Below, piece after piece: positions 1 to 6,720 of a DNA stretch of 12,250 nucleotides. Each line of letters opens with the position of its first letter. Position 1 is the stretch's first letter. A program made the position numbers and the translations under genes. Source of the DNA: Nanopusillaceae archaeon. Lineage in GTDB: Archaea > Nanobdellota > Nanobdellia > Nanobdellales > Nanobdellaceae. Location: contig JBMFJL010000013.1 in NCBI GenBank assembly GCA_049973735.1, positions 1 to 12,250 of the forward strand. Reading direction: 5' to 3'. The notes under the pieces were generated by a model. That model was not told the origin of the DNA. It was given only the letters and a program-made list of their open reading frames with translations, and ran no database searches.

Positions 1-67
1 TTTTATTAATTTTATTTATTCATTTGATATATTTAATAAAAAAATAATAAAAGATTTTAAAAAATTT

Positions 68-586
68 ATGGAATTATTCTCTACTTATATAAAACTCACA
101 TTTAAAAAATTTATTTCATTTTCATATTTTTCTAGCATTTGTCAAAAAACTATTTCATTACCATTTGCTAATATTATTGATTTAAAATATGTATTCAATA
201 AAAATATAATAATACCAAACGTTAATTTAATTGATATAAAAGATCTGTTTAATAAAAACATAATAATTTCAAGGAATTTCTTAGATTTTATTCAAAAATA
301 TTCATGCTTTACTAAAGTTCCAATAAAAACATTTACTTCAAAAATTTTTTCAATAGAAGAATTTAAAACTCGATTAAAATCAGTAAGGGAAATAATTCAA
401 AAAATTAATTATTTACCAATAATAATAATATCTGCACCAATAAAATTACTATTTGAAGTTTCTTCTCCGCCATATCAATTAATAAAAGAGATAGAATCAA
501 CTTATAGCTATATAGCTTTTAGTGCATTTATTATTATAATTTCAGCATTTTTATATTTAAGAATATGGAAAAGATTGAAAAAATAA
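68..586 (+). CDS. Hypothetical protein with a hydrophobic C-terminal tail (possibly tail-anchored); contains an internal imperfect 18-aa duplication
   Basis: 172-aa ORF from the track. The C-terminus YIAFSAFIIIISAFLYLRIWKRLKK looks like a TM segment plus a basic tail. Extremely AT-rich, no recognisable domain, so a spurious ORF cannot be excluded. Confidence 0.4.
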   Translation: MELFSTYIKLTFKKFISFSYFSSICQKTISLPFANIIDLKYVFNKNIIIPNVNLIDIKDLFNKNIIISRNFLDFIQKYSCFTKVPIKTFTSKIFSIEEFKTRLKSVREIIQKINYLPIIIISAPIKLLFEVSSPPYQLIKEIESTYSYIAFSAFIIIISAFLYLRIWKRLKK

Positions 587-1002
587 TAGTGATGATTTAT
601 CCAATAATTTTAGCACTTATAAGTAGTGATATAAGTAAAATTTTAGAAATTATTCTTTTTGTTTTTCCCCTAATTTTTTTAAGGGATGAAAAAGTTTATC
701 TTTCATTTTTTTACGGTCTATATTATGTAATATTAAAATTGATTTCAAAATTTTATTTATACAATTCTGGAATTTATATTTTAGAATTTTTCATTTTCCC
801 AGCTGGCGCCTTTTTTTCCTGTTTTTCAATTTCAATATCAAATCAACCAAATTTATTAATTGTTTCTCTATTTTTACTTTTCATCTCTTTATCAATAATG
901 TATGGTTTATATGTAATTTCAGAAAACTATGGGAAAATTACATTAGCCTCTTTTATAAATTTTCTCCTTTCTTCTTTGCCAAAACATATAAGTAGAATAT
1001 AA
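565..1002 (+). CDS. Hypothetical polytopic membrane protein (about 4 TM segments)
   Basis: 145-aa ORF made almost entirely of hydrophobic helices. It overlaps the previous ORF by 22 nt. An in-frame ATG at 592 (MIYPIILAL...) would remove that overlap and is an equally plausible start. The 3' end overlaps the convergent ORF 943-1125. Confidence 0.5.
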   Translation: MEKIEKIIVMIYPIILALISSDISKILEIILFVFPLIFLRDEKVYLSFFYGLYYVILKLISKFYLYNSGIYILEFFIFPAGAFFSCFSISISNQPNLLIVSLFLLFISLSIMYGLYVISENYGKITLASFINFLLSSLPKHISRI

Positions 1003-1125
1003 AATAAAAATAAAATATATAATTGCACCAATAATTTCTAATAAACTTTCTGAAAAAAGCATAGAAAAAACTAGTAAAAATAATAAAATTGTTCCATATA
1101 TGAAAAATATTAAATCCATGTCCAT
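943..1125 (-). CDS. Small two-TM membrane protein, last gene of the minus-strand operon
   Basis: 60-aa ORF with two hydrophobic helices and a basic tail (WQRRKEKIYKRG). It starts 7 nt downstream of the stop of the protease gene on the same strand. Confidence 0.45.
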   Translation of the reverse strand: MDMDLIFFIYGTILLFLLVFSMLFSESLLEIIGAIIYFIFILYSTYMFWQRRKEKIYKRG

Positions 1126-1132
1126 AAATATA

Positions 1133-1879
1133 TTAAATATAAGAAGGTAATATAGTTAATTGTGTTGGAATTCCATATACTGTTAAATTCATTAAAACAT
1201 GAAAATCATAGCTCATATGTGCAAACAAAGGAATCCAAATTGTAAATGTTTTTATTCCCAATTTCCCAAAAGTTTCTTCATTTAATATAAAACCTGAAAC
1301 TGTGAAAAATATAACTACTAAAGTCATTGGAATTAAATATATTAAAATTGCCCTTCCCCATGCATAAAAGTGGTTTGCAACAAATAGTAAACTTGAAATT
1401 AAAACTGCTAAAAATAAGCTAAATCTATAATTTTTTGTTTTTTCAATAAAATAATTAAAGAAAATTAACATTCCAACAATTCTAATTATTTCTTCATGAA
1501 ATGCAATAACAAATGTTGCTAATATATTTTCAAAAGGAGAATAAGATAAAAAAACACTCATTACTAATGAATCAGCCGGAAAAATTGAAGATTTTGCAAT
1601 ATTATATACAATTGAACCACAAAACCAACCAATAATTCCTGCAATAATAAATCTTAAAGCAATTATATGAGATGGAGCATTATTTAATGAAAAACCTAAA
1701 GCCTTGAAAAATTGAGTTCCTCTTGCTGAAACAATAATTAAAATTGGAATTAAAGTTAATGTATAAAATTCAAAAATGTTTAAATTTGTTCCTTTAATTG
1801 CAATAAAAGTTAAATATAATGCTAACCAACCAAATAAAAATAATGCTAATAATGGATTTTTTGGAATTCCTTCTATCAT
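1133..1879 (-). CDS. CPBP/PrsW-type (Abi clan, CAAX-protease-like) intramembrane protease
   Basis: 248-aa polytopic membrane protein. It carries the three ordered family motifs: FHEEIIRIVG (EExxR; canonical CPBP is EExxxR), LLFVANHFYAW (FxxxH) and LFAHMSYDF (HxxxD). Their spacing is about 40 and about 50 residues. Its ATG overlaps the stop of the upstream 1017-aa gene in an ATGA. Confidence 0.65.
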   Translation of the reverse strand: MIEGIPKNPLLALFLFGWLALYLTFIAIKGTNLNIFEFYTLTLIPILIIVSARGTQFFKALGFSLNNAPSHIIALRFIIAGIIGWFCGSIVYNIAKSSIFPADSLVMSVFLSYSPFENILATFVIAFHEEIIRIVGMLIFFNYFIEKTKNYRFSLFLAVLISSLLFVANHFYAWGRAILIYLIPMTLVVIFFTVSGFILNEETFGKLGIKTFTIWIPLFAHMSYDFHVLMNLTVYGIPTQLTILPSYI

Positions 1880-4800
1880 AATAAACTTTTCAAAAAGTTA
1901 ATTAAGTTCATTACAATATTAATTATCCATTCAATAAAATTATAAAGCCATTCAGTAAATGCAGTTGCATAAACTTTTTCTTTAACCCAAACTGAAAAAT
2001 ATTTTATTTCTCCTAAATTAAAAGAGCCCAATAATGCATCAACTATTTCATCGTTTACACAATAAAATTCTATTTCTCTTAAATTGTTTTTACCCATTGG
2101 ATCTGATGTTTCAAAAATTTTGTAAACATCAGAACATCTATAATTTTTAATTTTGAACCTTATTCTAACATCATCTAAAGGATATGGACTTAATGACCTA
2201 ACTTCAAATGGATAAATTAAGTATTGTGTTGAATCAATCAATTTTCTATAATATTGTTTCCATGTTGCATTTCCAACTGGAATTTGAAAAGATATTAAAT
2301 ATTTTCTTGATTCATATGGTTTTAAATCAAAAATATCTAAATCATAAGAGCCCCTTACAACTTTTTTCTCATCTATTAATTTATCATTATAATAAAGTTT
2401 TAAATTCTCTCCATATGTAATTGGAATTTGCTTTCTAACTGCAGGAACAAATTCTCCAATCCAATTTTTTACATCAATATCAACAATTAAATTTGCTAAA
2501 TGTCCAACATAAAACTTTTCTGGATATTTAGGAGCAGAAACTAAAACAGTAACTGGGGGACCAATAAATTCAACAATATGATATGTTTTTGAATTAGCAG
2601 GGGCACTACCTTCAACATAAATATATGGACCAATAGGTGGAAAACTAGAAAAATGCATTTCTTTTGGAATTCCATCAACTTTTGCATTTGAAGATTCTAA
2701 TGGTAAATGAATTGGTTCTTTATAATCCAATCCAACAGGATATTCATTTACACAACTTACATTCCATAAAAATATAAGATTTTCGCCAGCAATTGCATGT
2801 TTAACAGTTTTATTTATAACTTCACAATATACTTTCATCATTATTCCATAAACAACAATTTCTACATATGAATTTTCATCAATTCTTGGAATTTTAAAAG
2901 TTAATAAATCTGGCTTACCATTATTATTTGTATCATAAGTTTTCGGCGGACCATATAAAGAATTATCTAATATGCTTGGTCCCCCTCTAATATATATATC
3001 TTTAATTGATAATCTTTCATCTATTGGTAATGCAACAAAAACATCAAATAAAGTAAATGATTTTCCAGAAACATTTATTGTTAAATAATATTCCAATCTT
3101 TCAAATCTTTCAATAGTATTATAATTAATTGCTGAAATGTTTGTCCAAACTCTATAAGTTCTTTCTTCTCCAGGTAAAAAGTTTGAAAAATAAACTCTTA
3201 CTTTATTTTCATCATAATTTACTTCAATATTTTGATATTGGTCATTATATGTTACATTTACTTGATTAAATAATGATTCTGGAGGAATTGGTAATTCTTT
3301 ATATCCTTCTTTTATTTCTAATTCACCAATATTTTTTAATACAAGATCTCTAAATACTAATCCTTTCTTTCCAATTTCATATTTACAATCTGGGCAATAT
3401 TTTTTACAATATGCTTCAAAATCCCAATTTTTACATGGAATTGCATTATATGTTCCAATTTGAATAATATTAACATAACCGAATTTAAATATTGAAAATA
3501 TTGATAAAATTTTTTGTAAAATTCTTGTTATTATAACATTTCTACTTAATTCTTCAATAAAATTTTGAGTAATATTTACAGTTTTTATCACACTTTTACT
3601 TAATTTATCAATAATGCTTTCTTTTACATCATCTTTTTTTTCTGTTTTTGCTAAAATATTAATATTTTTTATTTCAAAAGAACCACTATTATCAACAGTT
3701 ATATTTACTATCAAATAGCAATAACCATTATCATCTGGATTACAAGTATTTAACCAATTAAAAAAATCTGTTTCATTAATATTAACAACTGCCGTTTGAC
3801 CTAAAAAATCACCAGAATATGAATATTCAATATTATTATCATTAAATACATCAACTCTTGGATTATTTAGATCATAATTTGAACATCCACCACCACTTCC
3901 TGGACTTGGGCATGTACAATCTGGCGGGCTAGGAGTATAAGAACACGAATAACAAGATGCACATCCTCCACCAGTATATGGTGAAGTACATGAACATGGC
4001 GGGCTAGGAGTATAAGAACATGAATAACAAGAATTACAAGTAGCAGAACAACTAACATATTCTTCACCTGTGCAAGGGTCTACTGAAGGACAAGAAGTAC
4101 TAGTTATTGCACTACATTTTCTATATGAGGTATATCCATATCCACAACCCATCCCAACAGAGTAGCAATCTGCTGTTGAAACGCCTAGAGAACATGCTGA
4201 ATCTGAATATGCAGTAAAAGAACAATAACAGGTAATAGAAGAAGGAGGGCTATAACTACATGTTTGAGTTTTTGATGTTGAACCTGGACCTTGAACACAT
4301 TGAGGAACATAAGTACCTGAACATGCATTACCACACAATCCACCAGAGCAGCTATAAACTTGTGATAAATATGCCTGAACCGATGCTGTAAAGTAGTAGG
4401 TAGATGTACAATAAATGCTAGCAGATGAATAATCATAGAAACTTAAAGAAGAACCTTCATCAGTAAAACCACTATTACATGTTGGATATAGTATACTTAC
4501 AGATGCTGAACTTCCACAACCTATTCCTTGATCATAATCATAACTACAAGTATAAGTACTTTTATAGTCTTTTATTCCTCCACCACTTCCTGGACTTGGG
4601 CATGCACAATTTTCCGAACAACTTGGGGTATAATAACATGAATAACAACTTGCAATTCCTCCACCAGTATATGGGGAAGTACATGAACAAGAAGGACAAG
4701 AAGGGGTATAAGAACAAGAATAACAAGAAACACATTCTCCAGATTTACCATAAATTGTAAAATTGAAAGGTGGAATATAAGTAAAATTTTTAAATATTTT

Positions 4801-4929
4801 AAAATAAAAAATGTTTGAACCTTTTGAAACAGAAAATGTATAAACTTTATCAGTCCCTCTATCGTAATATACTTGTGCAAATGAAATCGTGAAAAAAAGT
4901 AAAAATATTATTAATGCTTCCTTTCTCAT
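1876..4929 (-). CDS. Large secreted surface protein with an N-terminal Cys/Ser/Tyr/Thr/Gly/Pro-rich nested-repeat domain and a long beta-rich C-terminal region
   Basis: 1017-aa ORF with signal peptide MRKEALIIFLLFFTISFA/QV. Residues about 66-349 are almost exclusively C/S/Y/T/G/P, with about 40 Cys by manual count, and contain two roughly 53-aa modules. The rest is Asn/Lys/Ile/Tyr-rich with many N-x-S/T sequons. The C-terminus is amphipathic and hydrophobic (...FIEWIINIVMNLINFLKSLL). Confidence 0.9.
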   Translation of the reverse strand: MRKEALIIFLLFFTISFAQVYYDRGTDKVYTFSVSKGSNIFYFKIFKNFTYIPPFNFTIYGKSGECVSCYSCSYTPSCPSCSCTSPYTGGGIASCYSCYYTPSCSENCACPSPGSGGGIKDYKSTYTCSYDYDQGIGCGSSASVSILYPTCNSGFTDEGSSLSFYDYSSASIYCTSTYYFTASVQAYLSQVYSCSGGLCGNACSGTYVPQCVQGPGSTSKTQTCSYSPPSSITCYCSFTAYSDSACSLGVSTADCYSVGMGCGYGYTSYRKCSAITSTSCPSVDPCTGEEYVSCSATCNSCYSCSYTPSPPCSCTSPYTGGGCASCYSCSYTPSPPDCTCPSPGSGGGCSNYDLNNPRVDVFNDNNIEYSYSGDFLGQTAVVNINETDFFNWLNTCNPDDNGYCYLIVNITVDNSGSFEIKNINILAKTEKKDDVKESIIDKLSKSVIKTVNITQNFIEELSRNVIITRILQKILSIFSIFKFGYVNIIQIGTYNAIPCKNWDFEAYCKKYCPDCKYEIGKKGLVFRDLVLKNIGELEIKEGYKELPIPPESLFNQVNVTYNDQYQNIEVNYDENKVRVYFSNFLPGEERTYRVWTNISAINYNTIERFERLEYYLTINVSGKSFTLFDVFVALPIDERLSIKDIYIRGGPSILDNSLYGPPKTYDTNNNGKPDLLTFKIPRIDENSYVEIVVYGIMMKVYCEVINKTVKHAIAGENLIFLWNVSCVNEYPVGLDYKEPIHLPLESSNAKVDGIPKEMHFSSFPPIGPYIYVEGSAPANSKTYHIVEFIGPPVTVLVSAPKYPEKFYVGHLANLIVDIDVKNWIGEFVPAVRKQIPITYGENLKLYYNDKLIDEKKVVRGSYDLDIFDLKPYESRKYLISFQIPVGNATWKQYYRKLIDSTQYLIYPFEVRSLSPYPLDDVRIRFKIKNYRCSDVYKIFETSDPMGKNNLREIEFYCVNDEIVDALLGSFNLGEIKYFSVWVKEKVYATAFTEWLYNFIEWIINIVMNLINFLKSLL
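3883..4038 (-). repeat. Cys-rich module copy A (aa about 298-349: CNSCYSCSYTPSPPCSCTSPYTGGGCASCYSCSYTPSPPDCTCPSPGSGGGC)
   Basis: Contains two 35-nt sub-repeats (3923-3957 and 3998-4032) that differ at 1 position. Each encodes SCYSCSYTPSPP. It shares caccacttcctggacttgggcatgYacaat with copy B. Confidence 0.9.
4576..4734 (-). repeat. Cys-rich module copy B (aa about 66-118: CVSCYSCSYTPSCPSCSCTSPYTGGGIASCYSCYYTPSCSENCACPSPGSGGG)
   Basis: Lies exactly 690 nt (230 codons) from copy A. The 30-nt stretch 4581-4610 matches 3891-3920 at 29/30 positions. The rest of the module is conserved at protein level but more diverged at DNA level. Confidence 0.9.
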
Positions 4930-4947
4930 AATATTATGGAAGAAAGG
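4920..4947. promoter_or_regulatory. Palindromic head-to-head start region of the divergent operons
   Basis: The sequence is CCTTTCT-CATAATATTATG-GA-AGAAAGG. The 12-bp core CATAATATTATG (4927-4938) is a perfect palindrome whose two ends are the start codons of the minus-strand gene (4929) and the plus-strand gene (4936). The flanking CCTTTCT / AGAAAGG arms are complementary, with a 2-nt offset. Confidence 0.6.
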
Positions 4948-5571
4948 CTAATAATGTTTATTGTAACGTCATTAATTGTAATATTTGTATCATATATTGC
5001 TTCTTTTGTTCATGGTTCTTTGTTCATTTTATCTACAATATTTGCCTCCCTATCTTCTTTATTATTTTTTTATAAAAATGAATATCCAATTTTAAAACTT
5101 TTTCTATTTTTCTTTTTATCAACTTTAATATTTTCAATTTTTATTAATCTTTTTTTCCCTAACATTTATAAAGAAATAAAAGAAGAATTAGGAATGGGTG
5201 AAAAATTAGAAAGTAAAGAAAATTTATTAAGAACAATATTTTCTCACAACTTATCATTATATTTACAAGCTTTCATTTTATCTTCTCTTTCAATTGTTGG
5301 TGGTTTTATATATTTATTTTGGAATTTATTACTTTTTTGGATTCTTATTATTAATAGTATAAATCCATTTTTTACATTTATTATTTTAGCACCTCATGGA
5401 ATTTTAGAGTTTTTCTCTTTTTATCTTGCCTCAATTTCTGGAACAAAAATATTTAAAAATTTAATACTTAAAGAAGAAATAAGTGAAAAAGAAATTTTGA
5501 AAATGTTTTTATTTGGAATTTTAATTTTATTTATTGCAGCATTAATTGAAGTTTTAATAATTTCATTATGA
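4936..5571 (+). CDS. SpoIIM/DUF95-like polytopic membrane protein
   Basis: 211-aa multi-TM ORF. It carries the family-typical segments ...SHNLSLYLQAFILSSLSIVGG... and ...IILAPHGILEFFSFYLASISG... (the PHGxxE motif). An alternative start is M7 at 4954. The stop overlaps the next gene in an ATGA. Confidence 0.65.
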   Translation: MEERLIMFIVTSLIVIFVSYIASFVHGSLFILSTIFASLSSLLFFYKNEYPILKLFLFFFLSTLIFSIFINLFFPNIYKEIKEELGMGEKLESKENLLRTIFSHNLSLYLQAFILSSLSIVGGFIYLFWNLLLFWILIINSINPFFTFIILAPHGILEFFSFYLASISGTKIFKNLILKEEISEKEILKMFLFGILILFIAALIEVLIISL

Positions 5572-6002
5572 TTTTATTAGAAGGAAACGAGAGAAAATTA
5601 ATTTTATATTTGTTAGAAAAGAAATATATTGATTCAAAAAGTAGAATTTCAAAAGAACTTGGATTACATAAATTTACAGTTTCAAACATATTGAAAAAAT
5701 TTGAAAAATATGGAATAATTAATAATAATACAATTGATAAAAGTAAAATAAAAATTGAAAGAAACAATGAATATTTAATAGAAAATATTCAATTTTTAAT
5801 TTTGGGAATGATTTTAGCAATAATTGTTTGTTTAGTTTATTTAAATATATCAATTTTATTAGGTGCATTGCTTGTTTATATTCCCCAAACTTTTTGGGTT
5901 ATAAGGAATTATTTATTTAATAAAGATATGTGGAAAATTTATATAATTAGTCAAGAAATTGAACAAAAAATGGATAACAAATCACTAAATATATCAAATT
6001 GA
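5568..6002 (+). CDS. Membrane-tethered winged-helix (MarR/ArsR/TrmB-like) transcriptional regulator
   Basis: 144-aa ORF. The N-terminus NERKLILYLLEKKYIDSKSRISKELGLHKFTVSNILKKFEKYGII has the classic wHTH pattern. It is followed by a long hydrophobic stretch (IQFLILGMILAIIVCLVYLNISILLGALLVYIP) that predicts 1-2 TM helices. Translationally coupled to the upstream gene. Confidence 0.7.
   Translation: MILLEGNERKLILYLLEKKYIDSKSRISKELGLHKFTVSNILKKFEKYGIINNNTIDKSKIKIERNNEYLIENIQFLILGMILAIIVCLVYLNISILLGALLVYIPQTFWVIRNYLFNKDMWKIYIISQEIEQKMDNKSLNISN
5986..5993 (+). promoter_or_regulatory. TATA-like box (TAAATATA) for the 6012 gene
   Basis: Located at -26..-19 relative to the ATG at 6012, the same position as TTAAATAT upstream of the ATG at 10659. 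No SD lies between it and the ATG. It sits inside the 3' end of the regulator CDS. Confidence 0.35.
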
Positions 6003-6011
6003 ATTAAGATT

Positions 6012-6641
6012 ATGGCCCTAAAAACTCAAGCAAATATATGGTTAGTAGTATTGCTATTACTAGGAATATTAGCAATAGCATTATATGTTAGACCACCAGC
6101 AGCTGTTCCACCAGCACCAGTAAAATATGAAGGAGAATTTAGAGCAATAGGATTACCAATGGAAGTAACTGGAACATGGTTAACTGGAAGTGAACAAGTA
6201 GTAACTCAATATGGTCAATATAACTTTACAACAAAGAAAGCATTAAGTGTTGTAGGTTCAGTATATCCATTAGCATTTAGATTTGATATAGATGATGCAT
6301 TTGAAAAAGTAAGAATAGATATTACAAAATTGTCAAGTGAGATTGATTTAGTAGAGGCTTGTATATTACCAGATGAAAAAGAAATGACATTAGATTGTAA
6401 AAATGCATTATATAAAGCAGAAATTGATACAGTAAGAGGTACAGCAGAATTTAAGATTGACAATTTAAGTGATAAGCAATATGATAAATATGTAATGCTA
6501 TTATCAACAAAAGTTACAGATCCAGCAGTAAATTCTACATATGTTACAGCAGATAGTGATCTATTCAAGCTAGTATTTGATGGTAAAAGTGATGGAGATG
6601 TTAAGGACTTTACAGTAATGATAATTAATGGAGGTTATTAA
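6012..6641 (+). CDS. Secreted or N-terminally anchored beta-rich protein, probably abundant and structural
   Basis: 209-aa ORF. The N-terminus MALKTQANIWLVVLLLLGILAIALYV is followed by a Pro/Ala linker (RPPAAVPPAPV). Codon choice is visibly different from neighbouring membrane genes (gca/gta/aca/gga-rich). It ends in a double stop TAATAG followed by an oligo-T terminator. Confidence 0.85.
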   Translation: MALKTQANIWLVVLLLLGILAIALYVRPPAAVPPAPVKYEGEFRAIGLPMEVTGTWLTGSEQVVTQYGQYNFTTKKALSVVGSVYPLAFRFDIDDAFEKVRIDITKLSSEIDLVEACILPDEKEMTLDCKNALYKAEIDTVRGTAEFKIDNLSDKQYDKYVMLLSTKVTDPAVNSTYVTADSDLFKLVFDGKSDGDVKDFTVMIINGGY

Positions 6642-6650
6642 TAGCTAGCC

Positions 6651-6672
6651 TCTCTCTTTTTTTTATTTTTTT
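6651..6672 (+). terminator. Oligo-T (archaeal-type) terminator
   Basis: tctctcttttttttattttttt lies 10 nt after the stop of the 6012 gene. It has no stem-loop. It closely resembles the tract at 9707-9727. Confidence 0.55.
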
Positions 6673-6704
6673 CACAATTTTTTTATGGAAAAAGAATTTA
6701 AATA
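6673..6704 (+). promoter_or_regulatory. Conserved promoter box 1 (CACAATTTTTTTATGGAAAA) plus TATA-like TTTAAATA
   Basis: The 20-bp box spans -48..-29 relative to the ATG at 6721. The TATA-like octamer lies at -24..-17 and is preceded by a purine-rich BRE-like GGAAAAAGA. The dyad is TCACAA-N5-TTATGG. Confidence 0.65.
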
Positions 6705-6720
6705 ATAATTAAATAGTATT

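Noticed and set aside
589-660. Possible C/D-box sRNA (GTGATGA at 589-595, GTGATA further on)
   Set aside because: No CTGA D/D' boxes at appropriate spacing and no terminal stem. The region is inside a coding overlap.
797-810. Local GC island ccagctggcgcc (overlapping CAGCTG and GGCGCC palindromes)
   Set aside because: It simply encodes P-A-G-A within a TM protein. There is no repeat or partner elsewhere in the window.
2208-2420. 70-aa plus-strand ORF
   Set aside because: Lies entirely antisense within the 1017-aa minus-strand gene. Low-complexity sequence with no start context. A shadow ORF.
3867-4067. 66-aa minus-strand ORF (MKNMLVVLLLVILVIHVL...)
   Set aside because: Alternative frame of Cys-repeat module A in the large gene. 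Its repetitiveness simply mirrors the real-frame repeat.
4185-4436. 83-aa minus-strand ORF
   Set aside because: Out-of-frame overlap with the large minus-strand CDS. His/Val/Leu-rich nonsense composition.
4479-4760. 93-aa plus-strand ORF
   Set aside because: Antisense to Cys-repeat module B. Asn/His/Tyr/Lys low-complexity sequence with no signals.
4572-4880. 102-aa minus-strand ORF
   Set aside because: Alternative frame of the 5' part of the large gene. The real frame has the signal peptide and a continuous 1017-aa reading frame.
5531-5767. 78-aa minus-strand ORF
   Set aside because: Antisense across the junction of the SpoIIM-like and wHTH genes, both of which have recognisable family motifs.
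6200-6226. VTQYG pentapeptide shared by the 6012 product (VVTQYGQYNF) and the 10087 product (TVTQYGYNQY)
   Set aside because: Suggestive of distant paralogy, but there are only 5 identical residues and I cannot extend the alignment convincingly by eye. It needs HHpred or structure comparison.
6291-6305. 15-nt identity gatgatgcatttgaa shared with 9191-9205 (both encode DDAFE)
   Set aside because: The flanking protein and DNA sequence do not align. This is too short to argue paralogy between the 6012 and 8573 products without a profile comparison.
6215-6568. 117-aa minus-strand ORF
   Set aside because: Antisense within the 6012-6641 gene, which has a leader, promoter, double stop and terminator.
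6685-6705. Mini-ORFs starting at the ATG/GTG inside boxes 1-3 (MEKEFK*, VEKRFKKDKI*, MENSYI*)
   Set aside because: Their lengths and sequences are not conserved beyond the box itself. The ATGG is better explained as a dyad arm (TTRTGG), and the following purine run as a BRE-like element.
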